The position numbers were made by a program, and so were the translations under genes. The notes below the pieces were generated by a model that worked only from the letters and a program-made list of their open reading frames with translations, was not told the origin of the DNA and searched no databases. Shown here piece by piece: positions 38,132-55,100 of a stretch of 64,000 bases of DNA. The stretch covers positions 558,001 to 622,000 of the forward strand of contig OZ218963.1 of NCBI GenBank assembly GCA_965112735.1, in the 5' to 3' direction. This stretch comes from Phaeosaccion multiseriatum (taxonomy: Eukaryota > Protista > Ochrophyta, other classes). Positions within the stretch are counted from its first letter, which is position 1. Every line of letters starts with the position of its first letter.

Positions 38132-41100
38132 ATGGCGGCCCCATGCTTCTTGCTGCTGCTATGGAGCAGCGGTTCTCTCTTTAACAACAACAAGGTGTGT
38201 GTGATTTTTTAGGCAGTAGTAGTGGTGGGCGGCGGGCCCACTCCTGTTTTGTCTTGCTGTTGAAGAAACAAAGCAGCACACATTCGTTCGCTCACCGCTC
38301 CGCCGACTTCTTCCTTTCTTCCCTTCCCTCTCCCCCCACCTCGACTGGTCTCTTTCTCCTGTCTATTCCTTCTTTCCGGCTGGCTTCCTTCACTTTTACT
38401 TGTGCCTTCTTCTTCTTGTTGTTGTTCAGCTCGCGTCGGCTGCGGATGTACCAGCGAGGATACTTCGTCCTGCGGTAGAGCGTCCTCCCTCTACAGCTGG
38501 AGCGGACTGCCCTACTCTCTGTCTTGAAATCAACGCCGCAGAGCCGTGCTTTGTGGATGCTTCCTGCGCTTCTGGCGGGGGTGAGTAGCTATGACATAGA
38601 TATTCCGACTCTTGATGTACCCGCCCCGCTCTCCTCACCTCCATCAGCACCCTCAGTATTCTCATCCTCCCATCCTCAGCCATCACCATACTATATTCAG
38701 AATCACTGCCTGTCTGCCTGGGGTGGCCTGGCTGGCTCTGCCTCCCCCTGACTTTTGCTTGCACTAAAACCTCTTCTTGCTTGGCTGGCTGTGACTGTCT
38801 TGCCCTCTCGTGTCTGGCTGGCTGGCGCCCGCCTCCACACACACGCCATGGCCGCCGCAGCAGGTGTTGGATGTAATGCGGCCGGTCTCGGGCAGGAGTG
38901 CCGCTTTTGTGGCTTTTTGAACTTTGGTCCGTGCCCCACGGACGACGACGACGACGATGACGACTCGGCGACTGCCCCTCCGACGCCTGCTCCAGTCACT
39001 GCTTCCGCTACAAGCTCTCCAACGTCTCCGAGCACCACTGAAGGGGACACTTGCTCTGCCCTCTGTCTGGCGAGGACCTCCGCTGAGCCTTGCTTCCGGG
39101 ATCCTTCGTGTGTGAATGCTGGGGGTGAGTAACAACCTCTACCTGTACAAGTAGCTATCTCTGCTGATGAATGGGGTGGGATAATAGTACAGCAGTGCCA
39201 GCACTAGTGAGCAAGTTCAACTCTCGACTCTCCCTCCCACCCCCGCCCTGCCTAGCCTAGCAACTTGTTGCTTGCCGGCGCCTGCTTATACCCTACTCCC
39301 CCGTCCTCGCCTCATTCGTCCTCATCGCTCCACAACAAGAGAACCATAGCAGCCATCACCACCATCCACCTTATCTTACTAGGCCTGCCTAGTAGTATCC
39401 TCAGCCAGCCAGCCCCCCAGCCATCACCATCACCGGAGTCGCTTCTGCTGACCTTGCTTACATCTCTTGTTGCGACGACTCTGCCCTTACCACACGCCAT
39501 GGCCGCCGCAGCAGGTGTTGGATGTAATGCGGCCGGTCTCGGGCAGGAGTGCCGCTTTTGTGGCTTTTTGAACTTTGGTCCGTGCCCCACGGACGACGAC
39601 GACGATGACGACTCGGCGACTGCCCCTCCGACGCCTGCCCCTCCGACGCCTGCTCCAGTCACTGCTTCAGCGACAAGCTCTCCAACGTCTCCGAGCACCA
39701 CTGAAGGGGACACTTGCTCTGCCCATTGTCTGGTGCTGAACGCCGCTGAGCCTTGCTTCCAGGATCCTTCGTGTGCGAGTGGGGGTAAGTCAAGTGTCTG
39801 GAGTAGCTTGTATACTGTCGTGCCTGGCTTCAGTTCCTTTATTATTGTAGTGAATGCTGATGAATGCATGTGGCAGGTCTGCGGGCAAAACAAAGCCCTT
39901 GCTGGCAACTTCCCCTACTTGCCGCTATCGGGCCTTCGTCCTTCTGCTCCCCTGTCCTCCTCGCCTTGTTGCTCGTCCACATCACCAGCCAGCAGGCCAG
40001 GGGTCACTTCGCCTCCTTAACTATCTATGACCTTCTTGTTGTACCTTCTTGTGACTGCCTTGCCCTCTCCACACGCGCCGTACAACACTCCGCACCAGGC
40101 GTCGGATGCAACGCGGCCGGCGTCGGCGAGGAATGCAGATTCTGCGGCTTTCAGAGCTTTGACCCTTGCCCCACCACGCCGCCTGCTCCAGCCACCACCG
40201 CCCCTGCAGCGGCGCCCACTACCGCGGCTCCGACCACTGCATCGACTACTCAGGTACTATACGTCGTGACGTGACGCGACGCGTTGCCTTCTTGCTCCCC
40301 CTGCCTTTAATACTATTATCATGTGTCGTGGCTACGTTTCCTTTTCGCTTGGCTGGCGGTGCCTCTGAGTGGTGCCCTTCTTTGCCCCCCCCCCCTGCTG
40401 CCTGCCCTCCCCCCCCTCCTGCCTCATTGTCTGAGTGATGCATAGCTACATGCCATGCTTACCAGTCACCAATGCCACAACCCGCCCATCTGCTCTTCGC
40501 TTCCGCGAATGCTTCCGCGAATGCTTCCGCGAATGCTTCCGCGAATGCTTCCGCGGCCCCAAATTGCTTGCCGCTCTCTCCTCGCCAGGCCCCGCCGACC
40601 CCTGCACCAGCGGAAACCACCCCACCCACCACCCCACCCACCACCCCACCCACCACCCCACCCACCATACTGCCTTCGACCTCGGCTCCGGCGTCAGTGG
40701 GGCAGGCATGCACCGGTGATTTCTCTTCCTCGACTTGTCCTTCGGGCCTCTACTGCGTGGAGGATGGAACATGCCAGCCGTGCATCCCGGACGGGGAAGG
40801 CTGCTCGAGTTGAGTGCCAGTGAGGGGGGCTGCTGCGTCGGTGAAGGCTCCAGCGGGGCCGGGTTCTGTATCGACCCCTCGCGGGATGGCGTGCAGGGTG
40901 ACGAGCCTTCCGTGGGCGTTTGCGCTGCTTTTAAGGGCCTCGAAGGAGCGCCGTGCGAAGACACAACGTGGCATTATGGCACATGTGATACGTCAGTTGG
41001 CCCTGGCAAGCTCTACTGTACACATGGGGTGTGCACCCCGTGCCAGGACACTGTAGGAGCACCCTGCGAGGGCGACAGTTGGGACTACAGCAGTTGCTGC

Positions 41101-41310
41101 CACGGAGTGCTGTACTGCACTTCCAGGCCCCTCACTGGAGAAAGCTTTTCGGGCGTTGGGGTGTGCGCCGCTGGTTCCAGTCCCGTCGGGTCCTCGTGCG
41201 AAGGAGACTACGATTACAACTCGTGTACTCCCCTATACGGCATTCCCTGCATCGACGGGGTGTGCACCTGGCCGCCGTGGTTGCCAGGAGGAGGCTTCTA
41301 TGGGCCTTGA
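38132..41310 (+). CDS. Secreted Cys-rich repeat protein with Thr/Pro linkers; apparent frameshift near 40810
   Basis: Exons ~38132-38194, 38430-38580, 38861/4-39124, 39512/5-39784, 40099-40253, 40466 or 40589-41310. Three copies of C-x3-CL-x5-EPCF-x-D-x-SC-x2-GG..GCNAAG-x-G[QE]ECRFCGF-x2-F-x-PCP, then Cys-rich GAPCE/LYC modules. Confidence 0.7.
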
Positions 41311-42010
41311 GGCGCAGAGGCGTAGCTAGCCCTAGGCGTAGCTAAGAGACAGCAGCCAGGTGAGAGACACGCACGCTGCTGTAGTGAGATAGTGGATAGC
41401 AGAGTGAATTGCTCAAGAGCGAGGTCTGAAAGTACAGCTGAACAGGTCTCCCCGTGGCGATACACTATTGAATCGCTCCGGGTGACTCTCTGAGTCATGT
41501 GTAAAGGCTAGATAGAAAGATATGGTCATATGGTCCATAGGCTTCACTATTATTCACTATACCACAGCCTAAGAATCGTTGGGTTGATAAGTAAGCATCG
41601 CTCCCACTAGCACGTACGCTCCTTCTGTATATATACAAGGCTTATAAAAGGCTTCCAAATACTATTTCCTTCATCGTATCATTCTTTCGTTCTCCTTCTC
41701 TTCCTCTCCTTGCTTGCACATCTCTTCTTAGTGAGGGTATAAGTGTCGACCCCTGGCGTTCTACCGAATGCTACCTGGCCCTGGGAGGGCCCGATAGCAC
41801 GATACTGGCGGCCGCGTCGGTACAGCTGGCGGCGCTGCGCGGCACAGCACAGGTCGACCTTGACCCTTTTTCGACATTCTTTTTCAACTGACAGTTACAT
41901 CTATGTCAACAAATGAGTGCTCGCCCGGCCGCCGCAACAAAAAGATCAATCCCGCAAAAAATGTCTATCTCACACGCATTGCAGTCAAGGAGCAATGAAT
42001 CGTGAGGGCT

Positions 42011-46875
<4,865 letters not shown>

Positions 46876-47059
46876 ACTGAAGCAACGTGTGGTGGCCGCT
46901 CCTGATCTCCTTGCTGTATCACCAACTGCTGCGGATGCTGTATCACCAACTCGTACCATCACACGCAAAGAGGGAGGGAGGGAGGAAGTGTCTGGGGTGT
47001 TGCGTTTGGAGCTTGAGAGGTATCGCGGTCTGCCTGTTGCTGCCTGTGCTAGTCTAACA

Positions 47060-47180
47060 TCTGCTGCGATCAAAGTCAAAGCAAAGCGTCCGTCACTCCT
47101 GCTGTATCACCAACTGCTGTGGTTAAATGATCAGAAGCGCTCATCGTCGTCCGATCCCCCTCTCCCTCGAGGCGCTCTAG
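47060..47180 (-). pseudogene. Displaced, diverged copy of the CDC27 last codons and proximal 3' UTR
   Basis: ctgctgcgatcaaa...gatcagaagcgctcatcgtcgtccgatccc...ctcgaggcgctctag matches 52110-52228. Confidence 0.85.
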
Positions 47181-47642
47181 TCACCCACTTCACCCACTCA
47201 CTCACTCACCCACTCACTCCCTGCAGCGTGGGGAGGCCTAACAAACTGAAACTCCTGTTCCTTACGTAAGGGCCATGCGGGTCTTACATAAGGGTGTCTC
47301 GCAGCCCAGAGGGACCTCCGCGTCCCAAGTTGCGCGTCCAAGCCCAGTCCAAGGTAGGGGTGGTTTCAACCGCCCGCCCCTCCGCACAGAGTCCAAATTT
47401 TTCAAAGGCTTCTTGTGTTCTCATAACACGTCCCCGACGTGCCCGGTAAGAGAGTCCGAATCTCGTATCGGGGTCTACGTGAGAGTCGAGGTGCTCTGTG
47501 CCCCCTTCGCCGCACGCCGCCCGCCCCTCCGCACAGAGCTTAAATTTTCTCGTGCCCGGTAAGAGAATCCGTCTTTCTCTCCCGGTAAGAGAATCACTTT
47601 CACCAAACCCACACACTTGCTACAACCAAGAAAGGGGAAGAG

Positions 47643-48906
47643 ATGGTGAAGATGTTGTTGTTGTTGATCGCATTGGCGTCCCTGGTCTCTCAGGGGCGCT
47701 GTATTAACGGCTGCCCGGACAACGATCTCCCAGTCGTCAATTGCGGCGATCCTCCCTCGGGCACCTTCTGGCTGCGATGTAAGTACCGAGGTTGTTCCTT
47801 CGATGCCTCCTGCCTCCCGGACCTGCCTCTGCCGCCTTGCTGGGTCTTTGCTTCTTTCCTGTGTTACCTTCTCCGGCTGCTGGTGCTGGAGGGCTGGTGT
47901 TGCGGCTGACACTATCATCTGCTGCTGCTGTTCCCTTGTTTCCTTCTCCCTGGCTCTCTCCCTCCGCGCCCCTTCTCTTGATTCTACTCTCTCAGGCGAC
48001 ACTTCCTAGTAATGTAAGTGATGGCTTACTAGGAGGGTGGCTAGCGCCACGACCAGTCGAGAGTGTGGTGGCTGGTGTTGCAGCCAGCGAGCTGCCTTCT
48101 TGGACTGGTCGATGAACTCCTTCCGCAGACAGCTCCCTTGTTTTGATTAGGCACGATCGCGCTCCTCACGCGTCTGCTTCCTCCTGCCCGCCGTCCTCCC
48201 CCATGGTTCTTGCTCGTCCCGTCCCCGCGCCCCTGCCTACTCGCCCTTGTTGACTGGTGGGCAGCTGACTGCACCAACCGACGGTTTGCTTGAGAACAGA
48301 GTTGTTACAATTGCTTCGATGGTGATTCTTGTCAGGTGAGTAAGCTTGTTAATACACATGGTGCCTTCGATGCGAAACGCTACTATACTAAGAAACGCAA
48401 TGGTCGCCTTGACAACAACCACCCCACCATCACTCTCCTTCCTCTGCTTGGCTGCGTCCCACCTCTTGCAGAGTGTGACATTTCCAACTGGAGCCCAAGC
48501 CCAATGCACCGGCGAGCCGTCCTGTGTGGTACGTGGTGGCGTGTAGTGGAGCGCTGAGACGCGTCATATGGACCCCTTATACCCCGTCCCCCCCCTTGCC
48601 TTCCCCGGTGTGCCGTTCCCACTAGTCTGATGACCCGTCCTACCTTTCCATGCGATGCACCTCTCGCGCGTACAACAGGGTGCGAGTTTTGAGCCCGGCA
48701 CCTGTTGCGACGGCCCCGGATGGTACGTGCATCCTCCGCATCACCGCCGCGCGCGCCCACACATGTTGAGCCTTCTTTTCGTTCCTCCCGCTCCCTGGCT
48801 GACTTTCGAGTAACACCTCTCCACCGTGAGGGGATGCGGGGCTGAGCTTGGAAGCTCATTACCAAATGTAATCTCTGCTGCCCCCCGCACCCGCGGCCTA
48901 TCCCCA

Positions 48907-48942
<36 letters not shown>

Positions 48943-50074
48943 CCTTCAGCCCGGGGGGATCTGCGGTAGTCCCGTCTTGTGTGGATTTCGTGGCCGTCCA
49001 GGGTGACCCCGTCGTGACGGGCCTCAAGGGCCAAAGCTTTCTCTTCAAGGGCCTCAACGCCAAGTGGTTCGCCGCCCTTGCTGAGCGGCACCTGCAGTGG
49101 AATTGGCTTCTCCATCTCTTCGAGGAGTGCGAGGATGGCCTCATGCCGGTGAGTGACTGCGAGGGTCTAAGCCGTCTTGCATCTTCTTACTGTTAGCGCG
49201 AAAAGGTTCGGGTTCGCCTCGCTGCACGCGATGGAGGTCTTTTGCTGACGTTGGGTACTCTGTCGCCCGCCCCTCCTTGCTGCATCTGCTCTGCACGCGG
49301 CCTCTCCCCGCCCAGACGTACGTCACGAGACATGCGTTTACCCTGTTCTCGGAGGACGGTTTGGCGGAGTACGAGATCGAAGTTGGCGTGAAGGATGTTA
49401 CGAAGTACAACCCCGGATGCCTGGACGGCGAGGGCGACACGTGTCTCGGCGATGGCTCCCTCGAGATGGTCCTGAATGGCCAGACAATCACCAGCCCTGG
49501 CGAGTACGAGCTCGAGGAAGGTGCCTCGGTGAGGGCTTTCAACAATATTGGATCCTGCCAGATCAGGAGGGATATGCACATGATGCAGCGCCTGAAGAAG
49601 GAGGAGGATGAGCTCCTTGCCTCATCGCGACGTCGGCTCGACGACGAAGACTGGGAAGCCAGCGCCGACCTTCGTGCGCTGGATGTGCTGCAGGCTCGTC
49701 TCTACGCGATGGAGGACATCGAAGCGTGCTCCGCCTGGATCGCCGAGAAGCGTACTGACCGTGACCTCTTCGACTCCCCCGGCAGCTGGGCCTCCGTGTA
49801 CATCACCACATCTGCCTACGCTTTCCAGATCGACTACCGCCAGGAGACCGAACGCTGCCACGCCCACGTGGTGGACGCTACCATGATGCTCTCCCCCAAC
49901 GACGAAGGCGTGGAGGCGTGGAGCGGCGTGCTCGGCGAGACGCAGACCCTCAAGCTCGACAGCGCCACTGGCCAGGCCCTCAAGGGGCGCGACGCCATCC
50001 TGAACTCTGTGCACGACGAGGATTACGTTGTGGATGGGCCTTGGGGCACTGTTTTCCCCGCGCGCCAGTCTTGA
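47643..50074 (+). CDS. Secreted protein: Cys-rich micro-exon N-terminus plus a VWD-like (GDP-motif) domain; phase conflict after exon 1
   Basis: Signal peptide MVKMLLLLIALASLVSQG. Exons 47643-47778, 47996-48013, 48300-48335, 48472-48528, 48679-48722, 48950-49148, 49316-50074. Motifs: VQGDPVVTGLKGQSFLFKG..WFA..LQWN, CLGDGSL, GVLGET, DYVVDGPWGTVF. Confidence 0.68.
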
Positions 50075-50497
50075 GTGGGAAAAGCGTTGCGGAGGCAGTG
50101 GGCCTGGGCAGGTGGTGCGGCGTTTTCTCGGTATGATATGATGTACTTCGTAGTAGAAGATAGTAATTGGTCGGTGTGACGTGGGGTCTCCTGTGCCCGG
50201 AGCGACTGGTGAGAGTGTGGCGGGTGCTTGCTTCCGCTCAAAGGGGGAGGCAGAGGGAGTCGAGGCGCGTGTCTCGACTCAAACCGTTGTGGTACGAGGT
50301 AGAGGTGGAAAGGCTCCCTTGTGTAGGATTAGAAGGGTGGAAGGAGGTTGGGACCTAACTTTTTTAGTTCGCTTTTTGCTTCTCTCCAAAGCTAAAAAAA
50401 ATAAAACTAAAGTGTGTGTGTGTGTGGGGTGTGGGTGCGAGACGAGAGTGTCATGGTGAGGAGGAAGTCAAGGGAACTCTCAAGCCCGCCAATTTGT

Positions 50498-50832
50498 AAA
50501 AAATGTGTCTCGATGGCTCTCATTCCAGCACGCATTGCACTCAAGGAGCAATGAGTCGAATTGTGAGGTCAGGGCTACTATGATGAGAGATGAGAGGTGC
50601 TGCAGGATCATGCAGTCGTCGTGCACGCAGTCGGCTGGACTCCCTCCTGTGCTCGGTGAGGAAGGGGTTGGCGTGCTCCTCCGCCGACGAGCTGGGAAGG
50701 ACTCTCTCTCTCCTGCTCACGCTCCTGACCTGCAGAGAAGAAGGACTTGCTCGGGCTGTGCTCCAGCCAGGAGCGATGCCAGAGTACTGAGTCTGCTGCT
50801 GCAGCTGCTGGTGCGCCCACCCGCAGCACTAC

Positions 50833-50870
<38 letters not shown>

Positions 50871-51065
50871 CCAGCACCGGCGGCATCAGCAGCACAGCCA
50901 ACTGAACTGAAGCAACGTGTGGTGACCGCTACCGCTCCTGATCTCCTTGCTGTATCACCAACTGCTGCGGATGCTGTATCACCGACTCGTACCATCACTC
51001 GCAAAGAGGGAGAGAGGGAGGGAGGGAGGGAGGGAGGGTGTTGCATTTGGAGCTTGAGAGGTATC
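50498..51065 (+). pseudogene. Internally deleted copy of the 42011-46875 gene
   Basis: 50498-50897 matches ~41956-42318 with indels and is fused directly to 50898-51065, which matches ~46868-47026. Confidence 0.88.
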
Positions 51066-52177
51066 GTAGTATTCGATAGTACCACTCATCGACCGCACTT
51101 CAGTTTGAGTTTGACGACGCACTTCAGTTTGAGTTTGACTTCACGTGATATGTGGACAAGTCAAGCAATAAGCCCCCCTGGATCTCCAATCGGCGGATAC
51201 TACTAACTGGAGCTGAAACTGAATCAATTCAGCATCGACCCCTTCTCTCTCTACGACCAATATCGATGCAAAGAACACCACCAACCTCACTTGCTTGACA
51301 TGCTTGACATGCTTGACATGCTTGACATGCTTGACTTGCTTGACTTGTGTACCATCTTGCGCTCTCTCCACACGCACAGATGTGCATAACGTACACACAC
51401 ACGCACCCACGCACCCACGCACGCTCCCCCGCACTCCCTCGTTTCCCTCCTTCCTTCCTACATTCCTTCCTTTCTTCCTTTCGTCCTTCCTTCCTCATAG
51501 TATTACTCACTCACTCACTCCCTAACTGATGCACTCACCCACTCTCTCCCTCCCTTCCTCACTCACTCTCTCCGTCCCTCCCTCCCTCACTCCCTCACTC
51601 ACTCACTCCCTCACTCACTCACTCTGGCGCCATGAACTATAATAAACATACAGTGTGTGTGTGTGAGTGGTCCTATCATGTCAATCCCGTATGCTGCTAA
51701 CATGGCCATCCACCAAGAGCTCTGACGCCTTCCTTCGCTTGTCAAAAAAGGAAAATGATTTCAGACGATCGTATATGTACTTCAGTACTTATTTATACGT
51801 GTGGGAGTGTGGGCCAGTTGCCTATCCTCCTCCTCCTCCTCCTCCTCCTCCTCCTCCTCCTCCTCCTCCTCCTCCTCCTCCTCCGCCCCATCCACTGCCA
51901 TCCTACAGCCGCTTCAATGCTTGTTGTAGTCCAGCACCTCAAGCCCTTCTCCCCCGCCTCCTACTACTCTTACTCCTCCTCCGCCTCCTCCTTCTTCTTT
52001 TTCTTCTCCTCCTCCTCCTCCTCCTCCTCCTCCTCCTCCTCCTCCTCCTCCTCCTCCTCCTCCTCCTCTCCTCCTGATGCTGTTGATGCTGTCTGTTGCT
52101 GTGCTAACAACTGCTGCGATCAAAAGTCAGAAGCGCCCGTCACTCCTGCTGAATCACCAACTGCTGTGGTTAAAAGA

Positions 52178-55100
52178 TCAGAAGCGCTCATCGTCGTCCG
52201 ATCCCTCCTCTCCCTCGAGGCGCTCTAGAGCGGCCTTAACGGAGGAATCGTCCTTGGGGTTGAGGTCTAACGCCAGGTTGAGGTACTGTTACGGCATCAA
52301 AAGGGGGGCGGTAACGAATAACGACGGTTAACGTGAGGTTACGTAATGTGGGGGGTGTTGATGGGGGTTAATGGGGTCCAATGGGGGGTTAATGTGTGTC
52401 CAATGGGGGGTTAATGGGGGTCCAATGGGGGTCCACCTGCACCGTGAGGGCATCCGCAGTTAGCACTAAACGCTGGGGTTAAATGCGAAAGGGCTAGCAC
52501 AGATGACACAGGGGGGGGGGGGGGTGAGGGCTAAGCTTCATCTTGATGACCTTCGCGGTTCGCAATGGGGGGGTACGTGGAGGGTCAACGAGGGGATAAC
52601 GTGTGGGGCGTTACTTGACGGGTTAATGGGGGTTAACGGGCATACCCTTACCTTAATGGCATCGGCGGTGCGGCCCATCTTCTTGCAAATGCGGCCCATG
52701 AGTTGATAAACGCCGCTCTCCTTAGGATTGGACATACACAGTTCGGAGAGCTCCGAGAGGGCATCCTCGTACCTGAGGAGGGAGGGAGTGAGTGAGTGAG
52801 TGAGTGAGGGAGGGAGGGAGGAAGGGAGGGAGGGAGAGAGGGAGGGAGGGATGGGGGGAAGGGGGAGTGAGTGAGTGAGTGAGTGAGTGAGGGAGGGAGG
52901 GAGGGAGTGAGTGAGTGAGGGAGTGAGGGAGTGAGTGAGTGAGTGAGTGAGTGAGTGAGTGAGTGAGGGAGTGAGGGAGTGAGGGAGGGCATTACCTCTC
53001 CATGGCCATGTAGACCTTCGCTTTTTCGTAGTGCACCGTCGGGTTGGTGGGGCTCAGGGCCCACGCCTTGTTGAGTTGAGCCAACGCCGATGTGTACCTG
53101 GTGTCATGGAGGGGGTGATAAGAGAGGGTGATAGAGAACGAGGAACCACAGTGAGGGTGTCACAGAGGTGATAAGAGGGGATGGAGAGAGAGAGAGAGGA
53201 AGAGAGGAAGAGCAAGACTATCACTCTCTATAGAGGGGATGGAGAGAGAGAGGAAGAGAGAGAGGAAGAGAAAAAAAGAGGAAGAGATAGGGGAGGGAGA
53301 AGAGAAAGACTAAGCTGGAAGACACACACGCACACACACACACCTCCTGTTGGCCGACAGCGTCATGGCCAAGTAGCACCTCAGCACTGACGATTGGGGG
53401 TTGATCTTCAGCGCCCGCCGGAAGTGGTACTCCGCCAGATCCACCTGTGAGTCGGAGTAGAGTGGATGAGGGAGGGAGGGAGGGAGGGAGGGAGGGAGGG
53501 AGGGAGGGAGGGAGGGAGGGACGGGTGGAGTTATTCAACGCATTCACTCACTCACATACTCACACATCCACTCACTCAGTCAGTCACTCACTCACACATC
53601 CACTCGCTCACTCACTCCCTCAACCACTCACTCACTCACCCTCTCTTGTCTAAAGTAGATTGAGCCCAGCCCATACCACGCGTTGTAGTGTCGATCGTCG
53701 ATACTAATGGCGGCTCTAAAGCACGCGATGGCCTTGTCGAAGTCCTCGTTACTGATATACTCATGCCCTGAGAGGGTGTGGGCATAGGTGAAGTCTTTGT
53801 CCAGGGTGATGGCTCTATTGAAGAATTTGATGGCCGTGCTGTGTTCCTTCTGCAGAGAGAAGCAGTTGCCCACCACACACCTTCGGGGTGGAGGGATGGC
53901 AGTAGATGGGGGGAGGGAGGGAGGGAGGGAGAGGAGGAAGGGGAGAGAGGGAGGGAAGGAGGGAGGGTTATGGAGGGAGGGAGAGAGGGAGGGAAGGGAG
54001 GGAGGGAGAGAGAGACACACACACACATACACACGCACAGAAAGAGAGAGGGTGGGGGAAGGTCCGAGCTAACGTCCGTGCTCACCAGGTGTAGGGATTA
54101 TGAGTATCGAAAGTGGTCACGCGCTGGGCCAAATAGCACAGCTCCGACTCCTTCTTTAGTTGCCATAGACATGTACTCAGAACCTTAGGGGGGGGGGGGG
54201 GAGGGAGAGAGGGGGACAGAGAAGAGGGAGGACGAGGGAGGGAGGGAGGGAGTTATAGGGAGAGGGGGGGGGGGAGAGAGAAACAGAGAAACAGAGAGAC
54301 TTGAGAAGAAGAAGAAGAAGAAGAAGAAGAAGAAGAAGAAGAAGAAGAAGAAGAAGAAGAAGAAGAAGAAGAAGAAGAAGAAGAAGAAGAAGAAGAAGAG
54401 GAGGAGGAGGGGAGGAGGAGGAGGAGGAGAAGAAGGAGGAGCAGGAGCAGTAGGAGCAGGAGGAGGAGGAGAAGGAGGAGGAGGAGGAGGAGGAGCAGGA
54501 GGAGGAGGAGGAGGAGAAGAAGGAGGAGGGGGGGGGGGGGGGAACTAGTGGTACAGACCTCTAGCCCCTGCATTCGCTGCGGTGCCACTCTGGACATGTG
54601 CTCCAACGCCGCCTTGCTGCTCTCGTAGTCAGACATTTCGAAGAAGGACCGCCCCAACTAATAAGGGGAGGGAGGGAGGGAGGGAGGGAGGGAGGGAGGG
54701 ATACGAGAAAACGAGGAAAAATTGGTGAGCGTTGAGACCTGTGAGGGACTCATGAGGTCAGCTGTCCCCTCGAGCTCTTTGTTTCCCCTCACCCAGGTTT
54801 CCTTCCCTATCCCTCCCTCCCTCCCTCCCTCCCTCCCTCCCTCCCTCTGTATCACCAACACCCTCACTTACTTACTCACTCACTCACTCACTCACCCACT
54901 CACTCACTCACCCACTCACTCACTCCCTCACTCACTCACTCACTCACGCACTTACTCACTCACTCACTCACTCACGCACATACTCACTCACTCACTCACT
55001 CACTCACTCACGCACTCACTCACTCACCAGCTCTTGCACCCACCCCGTGTTGAACTGCTCAGGTGGGAGTGTATGCAGTACTTCCACCGCCCCCTTGGAT

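Noticed and set aside
40811-40813. Selenocysteine or readthrough at the in-frame TGA
   Set aside because: The same frame downstream loses the Cys-module pattern, which continues in a different frame, so a frameshift fits better.
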